53,332 bases of DNA from the NCBI GenBank assembly GCA_045132035.1, contig JBGURM010000091.1:1-53332 (forward strand). Reading direction: 5' to 3'. This DNA comes from Bacilli bacterium. GTDB lineage: Bacteria; Bacillota_I; Bacilli_A; RFN20; CAG-826. Numbering within the stretch: the first letter of the stretch is position 1; every line of letters starts with the position of its first letter. Positions 1-9,164 of this stretch are shown here, in pieces. Below the pieces are notes generated by a model. That model saw only the letters and a program-made list of their open reading frames with translations. It was not told where the DNA came from and ran no database searches. Both the position numbers and the translations under genes were made by a program.

Positions 1-275
1 TCACTCATATATGCGATTTTTTTACCCGCTTTTATTTCTTCTATCAACTTTGTTGATGCTTCGATTTCGTTATGTTCTCTTAAAGAGACGCAAGGTTTTT
101 TAATATTAAATTTTCTTAATAAGTCTAATGTGTTTCTTGTGTCTTCCGCAGCAACAAAATCACATTCATTAATCACTTCAATTGCGCGTGGAGAAAACTC
201 TCCAAGATTTCCTATTGGAGTCGCAATTAAATATAAGGTTGGAAGCGAATTATTAAACGACTTATTTCTCTTCAT
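1..275 (-). CDS. rsmI: 16S rRNA 2'-O-methyltransferase RsmI, N-terminal part only (gene continues past the left edge)
   Basis: Own translation of the minus strand from ATG at 275-273 gives MKRNKSFNNSLPTLYLIATPIGNLGEFSPRAIEVINECDFVAAEDTRNTLDLLRKFNIKK... The LYLxATPIGNL...AAEDTR signature is typical of RsmI/YabC. The start overlaps the ricT stop. Absent from the ORF track because no stop lies inside the window. Confidence 0.85.
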   Translation of the reverse strand, partial: MKRNKSFNNSLPTLYLIATPIGNLGEFSPRAIEVINECDFVAAEDTRNTLDLLRKFNIKKPCVSLREHNEIEASTKLIEEIKAGKKIAYMS

Positions 276-1170
276 TTGGTTTATTCTTTTGTTTTCCTTG
301 TTGTTGGTTTGGCTTGTTATCATCTCTTGGTGGACGTGGTCTCCAACGAGTTTGTTTGACAAATTCATCTAAAGGCAAGAACTTAGTGTCTTCTTGGTTA
401 TCGACTTTGACCATTTTAGAAACTACATTAATTGCAGTTACTTCGTATTCAACTTTATCGATGAATACTTTTGTTCCCAATTGTGGGAAATCTTTCTTTA
501 AATCTGTGTATGCATCGTCTTCATATTTAAGACAGCATAAAAGCTTTCCACAGTGACCAGATAATTTAGGAATATTAATCGCTAACATTTGATTTTTCGC
601 ACGATTAATAGAAATGCCGTCAAATTCATTTAAGAAAGTTGAACAGCAAAGTGGAAGTCCGCATAAACCAATACCGCCAACGAGTTTGGCTTTATCTCTA
701 CTACCGATTTGTCTTAATTCAATTCTTGTGTGGAGTTTAGAAGCAAGAATTTTTAATAATTCACGGAAATCCACTCGATCATCAGCAACATAAGAGAAGA
801 TAACTTTTCCTTTGTCGAGAGTGTATTCACAAGAGATTAAATTCATGTCTAAATTGATGCGTTTAACTTCGTTCTTGCATATTTCTAGAGCGAATTCTGC
901 ATCCTTAAGATTGATTTCATGTAACTTAATATCAACATCAGTGGCCTTTCTTAAAATTGGTTTTAATTCAAGAAGGCTCTTATATTGAGAAATGCTAATT
1001 GGATCAAAACACACCTCACCGAGTTCTGGTCCATGAGTAGTTTCAACAACTACTTTATCTCCGACATGAATATCTAAATCAGAGAAACCAAAAAAGTAAG
1101 CGTGGGTGGAGTGGTGGAATTTAATTCCAGCATAATATTTAAAACTTTTTGTGTTATTTTGTTCTTCCAT
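262..1170 (-). CDS. ricT: PSP1-domain regulatory iron-sulfur protein RicT/YaaT
   Basis: 302-aa ORF with paired Cys motifs (GLCGLPLCCSTFL, GHCGKLLCCLKYE) typical of YaaT/PSP1. AAAGGAG RBS 9 nt upstream of the ATG. Conserved position downstream of holB. Confidence 0.9.
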   Translation of the reverse strand: MEEQNNTKSFKYYAGIKFHHSTHAYFFGFSDLDIHVGDKVVVETTHGPELGEVCFDPISISQYKSLLELKPILRKATDVDIKLHEINLKDAEFALEICKNEVKRINLDMNLISCEYTLDKGKVIFSYVADDRVDFRELLKILASKLHTRIELRQIGSRDKAKLVGGIGLCGLPLCCSTFLNEFDGISINRAKNQMLAINIPKLSGHCGKLLCCLKYEDDAYTDLKKDFPQLGTKVFIDKVEYEVTAINVVSKMVKVDNQEDTKFLPLDEFVKQTRWRPRPPRDDNKPNQQQGKQKNKPNEEK

Positions 1171-1176
1171 GTATTG

Positions 1177-2169
1177 TTACTCCTTTACGAGTTTGATGAT
1201 AAGGTGATCGATTAATAGACCAATATTAACGTTAAGATTAGCAATGTTTCTAACCTTTAATATTTCAATTAGTGATTCTTGAATGTGAGGTAGTTTCTCC
1301 GCTAAAGGTTCAAGAATGTTTTTATAACTCTTTAAATATACTTCTTTGTTAGAAATTATATTTAGTATATCTTCATAAACTTGAGAAAGTAAGTCAATGA
1401 AGAATCTTAATTCTTCTTTTGTTTTTATTAATGGGATGACATTAGTCTGACTATAGAAGATTACATCTTTATAGTTTCCACCAAGCATATGGTCTAATAG
1501 ACCATTTAATGCTTTCTTTGCTTCTTGATAATTGCTACTTTCTTCTTCATCTTTTAGAAAATCGAAGATAAGCTCACTGTCGTTATAGAAATAAGATAGT
1601 AATTCCGCGTCATCAGGTGCAACCATTAATGCTTTAGCATCTTCAATGACGATATTTCTTGGAACGCTTCTAAGTGGCAAGACTTGGCATCTACTAACAA
1701 TTGTTGGTAACACATTATTAACATTATTAGTGGTCAAGAAAGCATATATTTCACTTTCTGGTTCTTCAAGAAACTTCAATATTGAATTAACTGCTTCTGC
1801 AGTCATATTTTCAACAAGATTTACGATATAAATCATGATGCCTTTGGTTTCAAAAGCGGTTTTTTCAAATCTACTTTCAATATTAAGAACATCTTCTTTT
1901 TTAATACTGGCTTTACTTCCATCTAGTTTAATGATGTCTGGATAGTTGTCGCTTTCAATTCTTAAGCAAGTGATGCAGTTATCACACGCGAGTGGTGATG
2001 GTTCATCACACAAAATAGATTTTGCTAGATATTGAGCAACTTCATATAGAGGAGTTCCTGGGTTTCCCACTAAAAGATAGGCGTGCGAAAGAGTGTGCTT
2101 TTCAAAAGCGTTAAGGAATGTTTGATATATGATTGGTTGATTTTCTTTTAAATATTTTCCTATTTGCAT
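1177..2169 (-). CDS. holB: DNA polymerase III subunit delta'
   Basis: 330 aa with HAYLLVGNPGT, the Cys cluster CDEPSPLACDNCITC and SRCQVL (AAA+ clamp-loader motifs). tmk-holB synteny. Confidence 0.9.
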   Translation of the reverse strand: MQIGKYLKENQPIIYQTFLNAFEKHTLSHAYLLVGNPGTPLYEVAQYLAKSILCDEPSPLACDNCITCLRIESDNYPDIIKLDGSKASIKKEDVLNIESRFEKTAFETKGIMIYIVNLVENMTAEAVNSILKFLEEPESEIYAFLTTNNVNNVLPTIVSRCQVLPLRSVPRNIVIEDAKALMVAPDDAELLSYFYNDSELIFDFLKDEEESSNYQEAKKALNGLLDHMLGGNYKDVIFYSQTNVIPLIKTKEELRFFIDLLSQVYEDILNIISNKEVYLKSYKNILEPLAEKLPHIQESLIEILKVRNIANLNVNIGLLIDHLIIKLVKE

Positions 2170-2780
2170 AGTCTAGATGTAATCGCGTCTAATGTTGCTT
2201 TAGCAACTTCATCTCTAGATTTTGATGCATCAATAATGACATAACGATCTGGATAACGTTTTGCTAAGGCAAGGAATGTATCTCTAACTTTGTTATGGAA
2301 TTCTATTTTTTCTAAATCGAGACGATTAACTTCTCTATTAGCGTTACTAGCAATTCTTGCTAAACCAACTTCTGGTTTGATATCAAATAACAAAGTTAAA
2401 TCTGGCCAAGTGTTTTCTGTGGCAAATAAATTAACATTAAGGATTTCTTCAACTCCTAATCCTCTAGCGCCACCTTGATACGCTAAAGAGGAGTCGAGAT
2501 ATCTATCACAAATAACGATTTTTCCTTCTTTTAGTGCTGGCCAAACTTTTTCCACTAAGTGTTGTCTTCTACTAGCCGCGTATAAAAGCGCTTCGGTTCT
2601 TGGATCCATCTTAGTGTTGTCTTTATCTAAAATGACATTTCTAATTTGTTCGGCGATTGGAGTTCCTCCTGGTTCACGAGTGCGAACAATCTCGTAACCC
2701 ATTTGTTCTAACGCTTTTACTGCTGCGTCAACCGCTGTTGTTTTTCCTGATCCTTCTGGACCTTCTAAGGTAATAAACAT
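2160..2780 (-). CDS. tmk: thymidylate kinase
   Basis: MFITLEGPEGSGKTT P-loop, DRYLDSSLAYQG motif, 206 aa. Confidence 0.95.
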   Translation of the reverse strand: MFITLEGPEGSGKTTAVDAAVKALEQMGYEIVRTREPGGTPIAEQIRNVILDKDNTKMDPRTEALLYAASRRQHLVEKVWPALKEGKIVICDRYLDSSLAYQGGARGLGVEEILNVNLFATENTWPDLTLLFDIKPEVGLARIASNANREVNRLDLEKIEFHNKVRDTFLALAKRYPDRYVIIDASKSRDEVAKATLDAITSRLCK

Positions 2781-2792
2781 ATAAGAAACCCC

Positions 2793-3389
2793 CTAAATCT
2801 TACGTCTACCCTCTAACGCTTTGGACAAAGTTAGTGGATCAACATAGTCAAGATTTCCACCAATTTGAAGTCCATACGCTAGACGTGTGACTTTGATATT
2901 ATATTTTCCAATTATCTTTGCTAGATACGCTGAAGTGGTTTCGCCATCCACTGTTGGATTAGTGGCTAATATTACTTCTTCAAAAGAGCCTTCTTCTAAT
3001 CTCTTTAATAGTGAATTGATGTTAAGTGAATCAACATTCATTCCTTTAGCGAGAGATAGTTCACCATTTAAGACATGATATTGTCCATGGAATGAATCGC
3101 TTTTTTCAATAGACATTACATCTTTTGGATATGAGACCACCATTAAGATGTTTTGGTCACGATTTTTGTCATCACAAATATAGCAACCATCGATATCGGT
3201 TATCATCCCACATGTTGAACAGAAATGAATATGCTCTTTTAATTCAGATAATGCGGTAGCGATTGATTTCAAATCTTCATCAGAAAAATCGAGCAAAGAA
3301 TACGCCATACGTTCAGCGCTTTTCTTTCCAACTCCTGGTAGCTTATACAAGTTCTCGATTAATACATCTAAAGATTTCAATCTTTCCAT
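2793..3389 (-). CDS. recR: recombination protein RecR
   Basis: HhH motif LPGVGKKSAERMAY, C4 zinc finger CSTCG...CYIC, Toprim segment VILATNPTVDGETTS. Confidence 0.95.
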   Translation of the reverse strand: MERLKSLDVLIENLYKLPGVGKKSAERMAYSLLDFSDEDLKSIATALSELKEHIHFCSTCGMITDIDGCYICDDKNRDQNILMVVSYPKDVMSIEKSDSFHGQYHVLNGELSLAKGMNVDSLNINSLLKRLEEGSFEEVILATNPTVDGETTSAYLAKIIGKYNIKVTRLAYGLQIGGNLDYVDPLTLSKALEGRRKI

Positions 3390-3391
3390 TA

Positions 3392-3697
3392 TTAAAATCC
3401 AAAGCCTCCCTTTTGGCCTGTGATTTTTTCTTCAGCTGCGTCTCTTTCTTTTGAGATTTGCTCAAAGAGTTCGTTTAATCCTGAAACGATTAATTCTTCA
3501 ATCATTTCTTTGTTGTCTGAATCAAAACCATCTTTTTCAATGTTGATTGATTGAATTTGTTTGTCTCCGGTAACAACTATTTCTACTAAACCAGCTTTGC
3601 TGATTTTGTATTCTTTTGCGTCGATCGCCGCTAATGCTTTTTGAAGTTCTCTTTGCATTTTTTGGGCTTGGATCATCATTTGTTGCATTTGATTCAT
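3392..3697 (-). CDS. ybaB: YbaB/EbfC family nucleoid-associated protein
   Basis: Conserved dnaX-ybaB-recR arrangement and typical coiled N-terminus MNQMQQMMIQAQKMQ. I prefer the ATG at 3697 (GGAG 6-9 nt upstream, 4 nt after the dnaX stop) to the TTG at 3712 used by the ORF track. Confidence 0.85.
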   Translation of the reverse strand: MNQMQQMMIQAQKMQRELQKALAAIDAKEYKISKAGLVEIVVTGDKQIQSINIEKDGFDSDNKEMIEELIVSGLNELFEQISKERDAAEEKITGQKGGFGF

Positions 3698-3701
3698 AAT
3701 T

Positions 3702-5399
3702 TTAGTCTCCAATAAATTCTAAATTTATATCTTTTGGTTTTGGTAGTTTACCAATTTGTAATAAGTTCATATAAAGCGATTGCAAATCGATGGATTTATT
3801 TCTACTAACCGCATAGACGAACATTTTCTTACGGAAAACATTTTTGATAACAGTCTGTAACTCTGCTTGATTCTCTTTGAGATTAATTTTCTCAGCGAGT
3901 TTTGGCATTTGACATTCAAGAACAACAATATTTTTACTTGCCACTAGTGGTCTTCCATCAATGAGCATTGTTGCGGCTTTGCCAACAAGAGGATGGGTGG
4001 TTAACTTTTTAATATTCTTCCATCCATCAAGTAGTTCAGCTTTGATGTCTTTTGTTGAAACCGCCATAACGTTAACCATTAGTTGATCATCGATTTCAAA
4101 ACTGTCTTCTTTTTCCGCGTCTTTTAGATAGATAACATTATCAACAATTTTGATATCTGAATCGAATATGACAGGCTCATTTACCTTTTCTATTACTTTA
4201 GGTTCTTCGACAACTTTTTTCTCTTCAACAACAACTTTTGGTTCTTCTTGAATTACTGGTTTAGGTGTAGGAAGTGGCCTATTTTCAACTTTTTTAGGTT
4301 GTTCATACACTCGCTGAGGCTCGTTATCTAAAGAAGTTAATTTGATTAAAGAAATTTCAAAAACTGGGTTGATTGAAGTTACGGTTTTATAGTCTTTGAC
4401 CGTACCCATTAAGATATCTATCATTCTAATTGCGAGTTCACTTGGAATGTTTCTTGATAATTCTTTTGCTTCGTCTTCATTTAAACTCTCAAGATATTCT
4501 TTATTCGCTGATGAGTTATATATCACAACATCTTTGAGAATGACTAATAAGTCTTCAGTTAATCGTTTGATATCTGTTCCTTTAGTAACATAGTTATCTA
4601 ATCTACGAAGGACATCCGCCATATCGTGATTAATGATTGATTCAATTAATTTAATTTTTTCTTCTTTACTCTCTAACGCAAAAATATTGAGAATGTCATT
4701 CGCATTGAGTTTGTTTCCAGAGAAGGCGAGAACTTTTTCCAAAATTGATAAAGCATCTCTCATTCCTCCATCCGCTAATTGGACAACTAAGTCGACAGCC
4801 TCTTCGTTATATTCAACATTTTCAATCGCGAGAATGTCTTTGATTCTTTCTTTGATATCGTGTTCACTGACTTTATTAAAGTCATATCTTTGACATCTAC
4901 TTAAAATTGTTGGAAGAATCTTGTGTGGTTCTGTGGTTGCTAAAATGAAAATAACATGCGCTGGTGGTTCTTCAAGTGTTTTTAATAATGCGTTAAACGC
5001 TCCAGCGGAAAGCATATGGACTTCGTCAATGATATATACTTTGTATTTTCCTAAAATAGTGCCGTATTTGACTTTGTCAATTAGCTCACGAATTTCATCA
5101 ACACCATTATTACTAGCGGCGTCAAGTTCAATTACATCTGGGTGACTACCTTCGGTTATTGCCACACAGTTTTTACATTTGTTACATTGACAACCGATTC
5201 CTTCCTCACAGTTTAAAGCTTTGGCAAATAATTTTGCCATTGTGGTTTTTCCTGTTCCTCTAGGACCTGCAAATAAATATGCGTGAGCGATTTTTCCAGT
5301 TGCTAATGCATTCTTTAAAGTTCTTACAATATGTTCTTGTCCTGCGACTTCTTCAAAAGATTGAGGACGATATGTTCTATATAATGCTTTATATGCCAT
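3702..5399 (-). CDS. dnaX: DNA polymerase III subunit gamma/tau
   Basis: MAYKALYRTYRPQSFEEV..., Walker A GPRGTGKTT, DEVHML, SRCQRYDF, Zn module CEEGIGCQCNKCKNC. Start set at the internal ATG 5399, which is where homology-like sequence begins. The track ORF extends to 5486 with an unconserved-looking leader. Confidence 0.9.
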   Translation of the reverse strand: MAYKALYRTYRPQSFEEVAGQEHIVRTLKNALATGKIAHAYLFAGPRGTGKTTMAKLFAKALNCEEGIGCQCNKCKNCVAITEGSHPDVIELDAASNNGVDEIRELIDKVKYGTILGKYKVYIIDEVHMLSAGAFNALLKTLEEPPAHVIFILATTEPHKILPTILSRCQRYDFNKVSEHDIKERIKDILAIENVEYNEEAVDLVVQLADGGMRDALSILEKVLAFSGNKLNANDILNIFALESKEEKIKLIESIINHDMADVLRRLDNYVTKGTDIKRLTEDLLVILKDVVIYNSSANKEYLESLNEDEAKELSRNIPSELAIRMIDILMGTVKDYKTVTSINPVFEISLIKLTSLDNEPQRVYEQPKKVENRPLPTPKPVIQEEPKVVVEEKKVVEEPKVIEKVNEPVIFDSDIKIVDNVIYLKDAEKEDSFEIDDQLMVNVMAVSTKDIKAELLDGWKNIKKLTTHPLVGKAATMLIDGRPLVASKNIVVLECQMPKLAEKINLKENQAELQTVIKNVFRKKMFVYAVSRNKSIDLQSLYMNLLQIGKLPKPKDINLEFIGD

Positions 5400-5502
5400 A
5401 AATCTACCTGCATTTAAGTATACATTAGTGTTCGCTTCGTTTGAAGAATTAATATGAATATTAACGAATATTTTTTCTTTCTTCATTAATATATAGATAT
5501 TA

Positions 5503-5511
5503 TGTTATAAT
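5503..5511 (+). promoter_or_regulatory. extended -10 promoter element (TGtTATAAT) upstream of prfA
   Basis: The sequence tatgTTATAATc lies 22 nt upstream of the prfA ATG, with an AAAGAGG RBS in between. No experimental support. Confidence 0.4.
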
Positions 5512-5532
5512 CAACCCGGCAAAGAGGTATTT

Positions 5533-6609
5533 ATGGAAGAAGGAATGCAACAACGACTTATTGTCGCTACAAAAAGATTAGAAGAAATTGATAAAGAGTT
5601 ACTTGATGAGAACACAATGAAGGATATCAAACATTTCCGTGAGATATCTAAAGAGAGAGCAATTCTTGAACCTCAAGTTGAGGCTTTTAATCGTTATAAC
5701 AAATATTCCTCTGAACTATCTGAAGCTATTGAAATGAGTAATGATAGTGATCCAGATCTCTCTGAAATGGGCAAGGAAGAAGCAAAAAGATTAACCAATG
5801 AATTAGAAAATCTTGAAGAAGAATTAAGACAACTTCTTTTACCTAAAGATCCAAATGACGACAAAAACATTATTGTCGAAATTAGAGGCGCCGCCGGAGG
5901 AGATGAAGCAAACATCTTTGCTGGTGATTTATTTAGAATGTACACAAGATACGCTGAAAGCCAAGGCTGGAAGATCCAAATGATGGACCAATATCCTTCT
6001 GAGGCTGGTGGTTTTTCACAAGTATCTTTTATGATTAAAGGAAAAATGGTGTATTCCAAACTTAAGTTCGAGAGTGGAGCGCACCGTGTCCAAAGAGTTC
6101 CTAAAACAGAAGCAAGTGGAAGAATTCATACTTCAACCGCGACAGTTTTAGTTATGCCAGAAGCTGAAGAAATCGATGTTGAAATTAATCCAAACGATTT
6201 ACAAGTTGATACATATCACTCACAAGGCGCTGGTGGACAAAACGTTAATAAAACCGAATCCGCTGTCCGAATTACCCACATTCCAACGGGAATTGTTGTT
6301 GCTTGCCAAACTGAAAAATCTCAAATTCAAAATAGAGAAATCGCTATGCAAATGTTAAGAGCAAAGATGTATTCAACAATGCTTGAAAAACAACAAGAAG
6401 AAATCGGTGCTGAAAGAAAACTTAAAATTGGCACTGGTGAAAGAAGCGAAAAAATTAGAACATACAACTATCCTCAAAATAGAGTTACTGATCATAGAAT
6501 TGGTTTTACTATCCAACAACTTGATAGAGTTATGGAAGGTGATCTTGAATCAATCATCGAAGCTTTGATTCACTTTGACCAATCACAAAAAATCGCAGGT
6601 GAGAATTAA
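5533..6609 (+). CDS. prfA: peptide chain release factor 1
   Basis: GGQ motif ([22 protein letters not shown]) and a P-x-T type tripeptide (PKT). 358 aa. Followed by prmC. Confidence 0.95.
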   Translation: MEEGMQQRLIVATKRLEEIDKELLDENTMKDIKHFREISKERAILEPQVEAFNRYNKYSSELSEAIEMSNDSDPDLSEMGKEEAKRLTNELENLEEELRQLLLPKDPNDDKNIIVEIRGAAGGDEANIFAGDLFRMYTRYAESQGWKIQMMDQYPSEAGGFSQVSFMIKGKMVYSKLKFESGAHRVQRVPKTEASGRIHTSTATVLVMPEAEEIDVEINPNDLQVDTYHSQGAGGQNVNKTESAVRITHIPTGIVVACQTEKSQIQNREIAMQMLRAKMYSTMLEKQQEEIGAERKLKIGTGERSEKIRTYNYPQNRVTDHRIGFTIQQLDRVMEGDLESIIEALIHFDQSQKIAGEN

Positions 6610-7469
6610 TGACTTACCGTGAACTATATTTCCAATTAAAGAAAAAAGAAAATAAATATTTGAATAACACCGCTATTAAAACGCTATTACAGGATGATGG
6701 CGGTTTTAGTGATTTTTTTAACCTTATTTCTCATTTTGATGATGAAGTTAAAGATTTAGATAAAATAAACAAGAATATAGAAAGAATAACTAATGGTGAA
6801 CCACTTCAATATGTGGTTGGTTATGCGTTTTTTGTGAATTCAAACTATGTTGTTAACGAGAACGTTTTAATTCCTAGACAAGAGACTGAAGAGCTCGCTG
6901 TTGCTACCTTAAAAACCATCGTCAAGATGTTTGGAAAAGAACCAAAAATCAAGATAGTGGATATTGGAACTGGCTCAGGAATACTTGGAATATATTTGAA
7001 GGAATATTTTAAAGATTCACACGTAATTTGCACTGATATTAGCGAAAATTCACTGGAAATTGCAAAAATTAACGCAAAAAATCACCATGTTGAAATTGAT
7101 TTCAGACAAGGCGATATGTTAGAGCCAATAAAGAATGAAAGCGATGTCTCTGTTATCATCTCAAACCCACCTTACATTGGTGATAGCTCAACCGTCGATC
7201 CACAGACTTTGAAGTATGAACCACACCTTGCTTTATTTGCGGATCCTAAAACTAAATATTATGAGATTATTATGACTTTAATTGATTCCGCGATTCTTTC
7301 AAATAAATTCTTAATCGCGTTTGAAATCGGTGAAGATATGGAAGAAGAGTTAACCCGCATACTTGAAGAAAAGTATATGGGAATTATGTATAAATTTGAA
7401 AAAGATATTTATGGTAAAGTTCGTTACTTATATATCATTAGAGATGAAGGAATAACATATGTTGCTTAA
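6609..7469 (+). CDS. prmC: release-factor glutamine N5-methyltransferase PrmC/HemK
   Basis: SAM motif DIGTGSG and NPPY catalytic motif (ISNPPYIG). TAATG overlap with prfA. Confidence 0.92.
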   Translation: MTYRELYFQLKKKENKYLNNTAIKTLLQDDGGFSDFFNLISHFDDEVKDLDKINKNIERITNGEPLQYVVGYAFFVNSNYVVNENVLIPRQETEELAVATLKTIVKMFGKEPKIKIVDIGTGSGILGIYLKEYFKDSHVICTDISENSLEIAKINAKNHHVEIDFRQGDMLEPIKNESDVSVIISNPPYIGDSSTVDPQTLKYEPHLALFADPKTKYYEIIMTLIDSAILSNKFLIAFEIGEDMEEELTRILEEKYMGIMYKFEKDIYGKVRYLYIIRDEGITYVA

Positions 7470-8058
7470 AGAATTCGAACTAGCAAAAAAAGCTTTAGAT
7501 AACTCCCAAGTTATTTCTTTTCCAACTGAAACTGTTATGGGTTTAGGCGTCTATTATGATGATTTTAGTGCCTATAATTTATTAAATAAGATTAAGTGCC
7601 GTCCAGAAGACAAACCTTATACTTTAATGCTTTCTAAAGCGAGTGATATATCTAAATATGCATATGTTGATGAACGTGCTCAAAAGGTTATTAATGCCTT
7701 TGTTCCTGGAGAAATAACTATTCTTCTTAAATCTAAAAATAATGTTCCTAATTATGTAACTCATAGTACAGGAGTTATAGGTGTTAGAGTGCCTAACTTA
7801 CCTTCTCTACTTGAGTTCTTAGAATATATTGATAAACCTCTTCTTGTTCCAAGCGCGAACAAAAGTGGACAAAAACCTGCGATGAATTCTAGTGAAGTAA
7901 AAGACATATTTAAAGATGAACTTGGTTTTATTTTTGAAGGCTCCGCTAAAGGAGGAGTTCCTTCGACACTAGTTGACCTTACAGGTAAAGAAGTTAAAAT
8001 TTATAGAGAAGGAAACATCAAATTAGAAGATATCCTTTCTATTATTAATAAGGAGTAA
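7459..8058 (+). CDS. tsaC: L-threonylcarbamoyladenylate synthase, short TsaC/YrdC type
   Basis: FPTETVMGLG, RPEDKPYTLM, VPSANKSGQ and STLVD motifs of the YrdC/Sua5 domain. At 199 aa there is no Sua5 C-terminal domain. Confidence 0.85.
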   Translation: MLLKEFELAKKALDNSQVISFPTETVMGLGVYYDDFSAYNLLNKIKCRPEDKPYTLMLSKASDISKYAYVDERAQKVINAFVPGEITILLKSKNNVPNYVTHSTGVIGVRVPNLPSLLEFLEYIDKPLLVPSANKSGQKPAMNSSEVKDIFKDELGFIFEGSAKGGVPSTLVDLTGKEVKIYREGNIKLEDILSIINKE

Positions 8059-8067
8059 TTAACAATT

Positions 8068-8505
8068 ATGAAGATTGCAGTTGGTAGTGATCATGGTGGA
8101 TTAGAATATAAAAACGCTATTAAAGAGCATCTCGAATCACTTGGGCACGAAGTAAAAGACGTAGGAACCTACACGAAAGACAGTTGTCATTATCCAATTT
8201 TTGGTGAAGCGGTCGCAAGAAGTGTTGCTTCAAAAGAATCAGATTTTGGTGTTGTTGTTTGCACTTCTGGAGAAGGAATATCAATGGCAGCAAATAAGGT
8301 CAAAGGTGTGAGATGCGGGATCGCATATAATGATGATGTCGCTAGATTAATGAGACAACATAATGATGCGAATGTAATTTCCTTCGGACAAGCATTTATG
8401 ACTCTTGATGACGTGATAAGAAGAGTGGATATATTCTTAAACACAAAGTTTGAAGGCGGTAGGCACCAGACTCGAGTGGATTTAATTTCAAACATAGAAA
8501 AATAA
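8068..8505 (+). CDS. rpiB: ribose-5-phosphate isomerase B
   Basis: MKIAVGSDHGG..., CTSGEGISMAANK (LacAB/RpiB family), 145 aa, AAGGAG RBS. Confidence 0.93.
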   Translation: MKIAVGSDHGGLEYKNAIKEHLESLGHEVKDVGTYTKDSCHYPIFGEAVARSVASKESDFGVVVCTSGEGISMAANKVKGVRCGIAYNDDVARLMRQHNDANVISFGQAFMTLDDVIRRVDIFLNTKFEGGRHQTRVDLISNIEK

Positions 8506-8527
8506 GACCCTTTGGGTCTTTTTAATT
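8504..8527 (+). terminator. rho-independent terminator after rpiB
   Basis: AAGACCC-ttt-GGGTCTT hairpin followed by a T-run. Confidence 0.8.
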
Positions 8528-8659
8528 TTCTTTTAAAAAAGTTAAAGAAAAAAATCAAAAAAATAGCAATTTTTGCCTCTTATTAATATAGGAGGACTTT
8601 TTTATTTTTTAACTCCTGGATACAAAAATCTCAAAACCATAACAGAAAGGAGGTGTCTA

Positions 8660-8956
8660 ATGAGCAAAAAATTAAAATTCTATAAAAACAGAAAAACAAA
8701 TAATCATCTAAGCATAGAAGTAGATTCAAACGGGACTATTTGGATTAATTTAGAAGTAACTTCAAGCCCCACTAAGAAGAATAGATATATTGAACTTAAA
8801 GTTAATCCAAATCCAAAAAGAAATGACAAAGCATATGTTAGAAAGTATTTAAGAAAGGATCCAATTAAAACTAGAGGTCAACTTTTGGAAAAATTCAACC
8901 TATCAGAAGATGATTTAATTGAAATCGAAAACTACTTAAACAGCAAAAAAAGTTAG
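8660..8956 (+). CDS. small lysine-rich hypothetical protein (98 aa), cassette copy 1
   Basis: ATG at 8660 preceded by AAAGGAGG. Weak but collinear similarity to the 9161-9538 product (HxS..W-I..T..IxLKV..KAxxV+K). No family recognised by eye. The track ORF from 8573 is an unstopped upstream extension. Confidence 0.6.
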   Translation: MSKKLKFYKNRKTNNHLSIEVDSNGTIWINLEVTSSPTKKNRYIELKVNPNPKRNDKAYVRKYLRKDPIKTRGQLLEKFNLSEDDLIEIENYLNSKKS

Positions 8957-9010
8957 TGTAAAACCTACTAAACTTGGGCTTTGGTCGGACTAACCGATAG
9001 CACTAACTAT

Positions 9011-9108
9011 AAATATTAAAACAAAATTAAGGAGGCAACGCAATATAGAAACTTACAAATGCCCAGTGTGTGGCAACACCGACATACATTCTATTGGTTA
9101 CTTAAATG
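9011..9108 (+). repeat. direct repeat copy 1 (comFA RBS region plus first ~21 codons), partner at 9620-9718
   Basis: By eye, the ~66 nt from the ATA/ATG position show about 11 mismatches between copies. This includes an identical 25-mer, ATACATTCTATTGGTTACTTAAATG, at 9084-9108 and 9694-9718. The offset is 610 bp. Confidence 0.85.
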
Positions 9109-9164
9109 ACAAGTATGTGGATTCCCAAAGACACGAAAACCATAACAAAAAGGAGAATGTATGA
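9045..9164 (+). pseudogene. comFA 5' fragment (start codon ATG changed to ATA) that reads into foreign sequence and stops at an ATGA overlap with the next gene
   Basis: Translation IETYKCPVCGNTDIHSIGYLNDKYVDSQRHENHNKKENV* compared with ComFA MESYKCPICGNTDIHSIGYLNGKPYC... An AAGGAGG sits upstream. The TGA at 9162-9164 overlaps the ATG at 9161. Confidence 0.7.

Noticed and set aside
130-556. Plus-strand ORFs 130-372 and 314-556 from the six-frame track.
   Set aside because: They lie antisense to the well-supported rsmI and ricT genes, have low-complexity hydrophobic composition, and have no RBS. They are typical shadow ORFs of an AT-rich genome. The same reasoning applies to the many other 60-120-aa antisense or out-of-frame ORFs in the track: 1646-1831, 2290-2478, 4396-5145, 5694-6059, 8190-8558, 12419-13123, 17224-17824, 18030-18275, 25796-26053, 31511-31838, 34346-36607, 37462-37797, 40635-40901, 43809-44359, 46093-46299, 49842-50180, 51200-51484, 52190-52510 and 53092-53307.
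4190-4300. A-runs (GAG AAA AAA GTT and CCT AAA AAA GTT on the coding strand) in the dnaX linker, considered as a possible gamma/tau -1 frameshift or slippage site.
   Set aside because: The A6G runs are not in the X XXY YYZ register relative to the reading frame. No downstream stem-loop or nearby -1 stop arrangement was evident. tau-only dnaX is the norm in low-GC Gram-positives.
5400-5486. N-terminal extension of dnaX (MKKEKIFVNIHINSSNEANTNVYLNAGRF).
   Set aside because: Conserved DnaX sequence begins at the internal MAYKALYRTYRP. The extension looks like translated AT-rich intergenic DNA and would consume the divergent promoter region. Similar upstream extensions were trimmed for the ATPase (36745-36822), the lipoprotein (26242-26307), dfx (25805-25816), the YitT-family gene (15023-15076), the M50-like gene (39497-39511), the antitoxin (33511-33531) and HTH-ugd (23263-23289).
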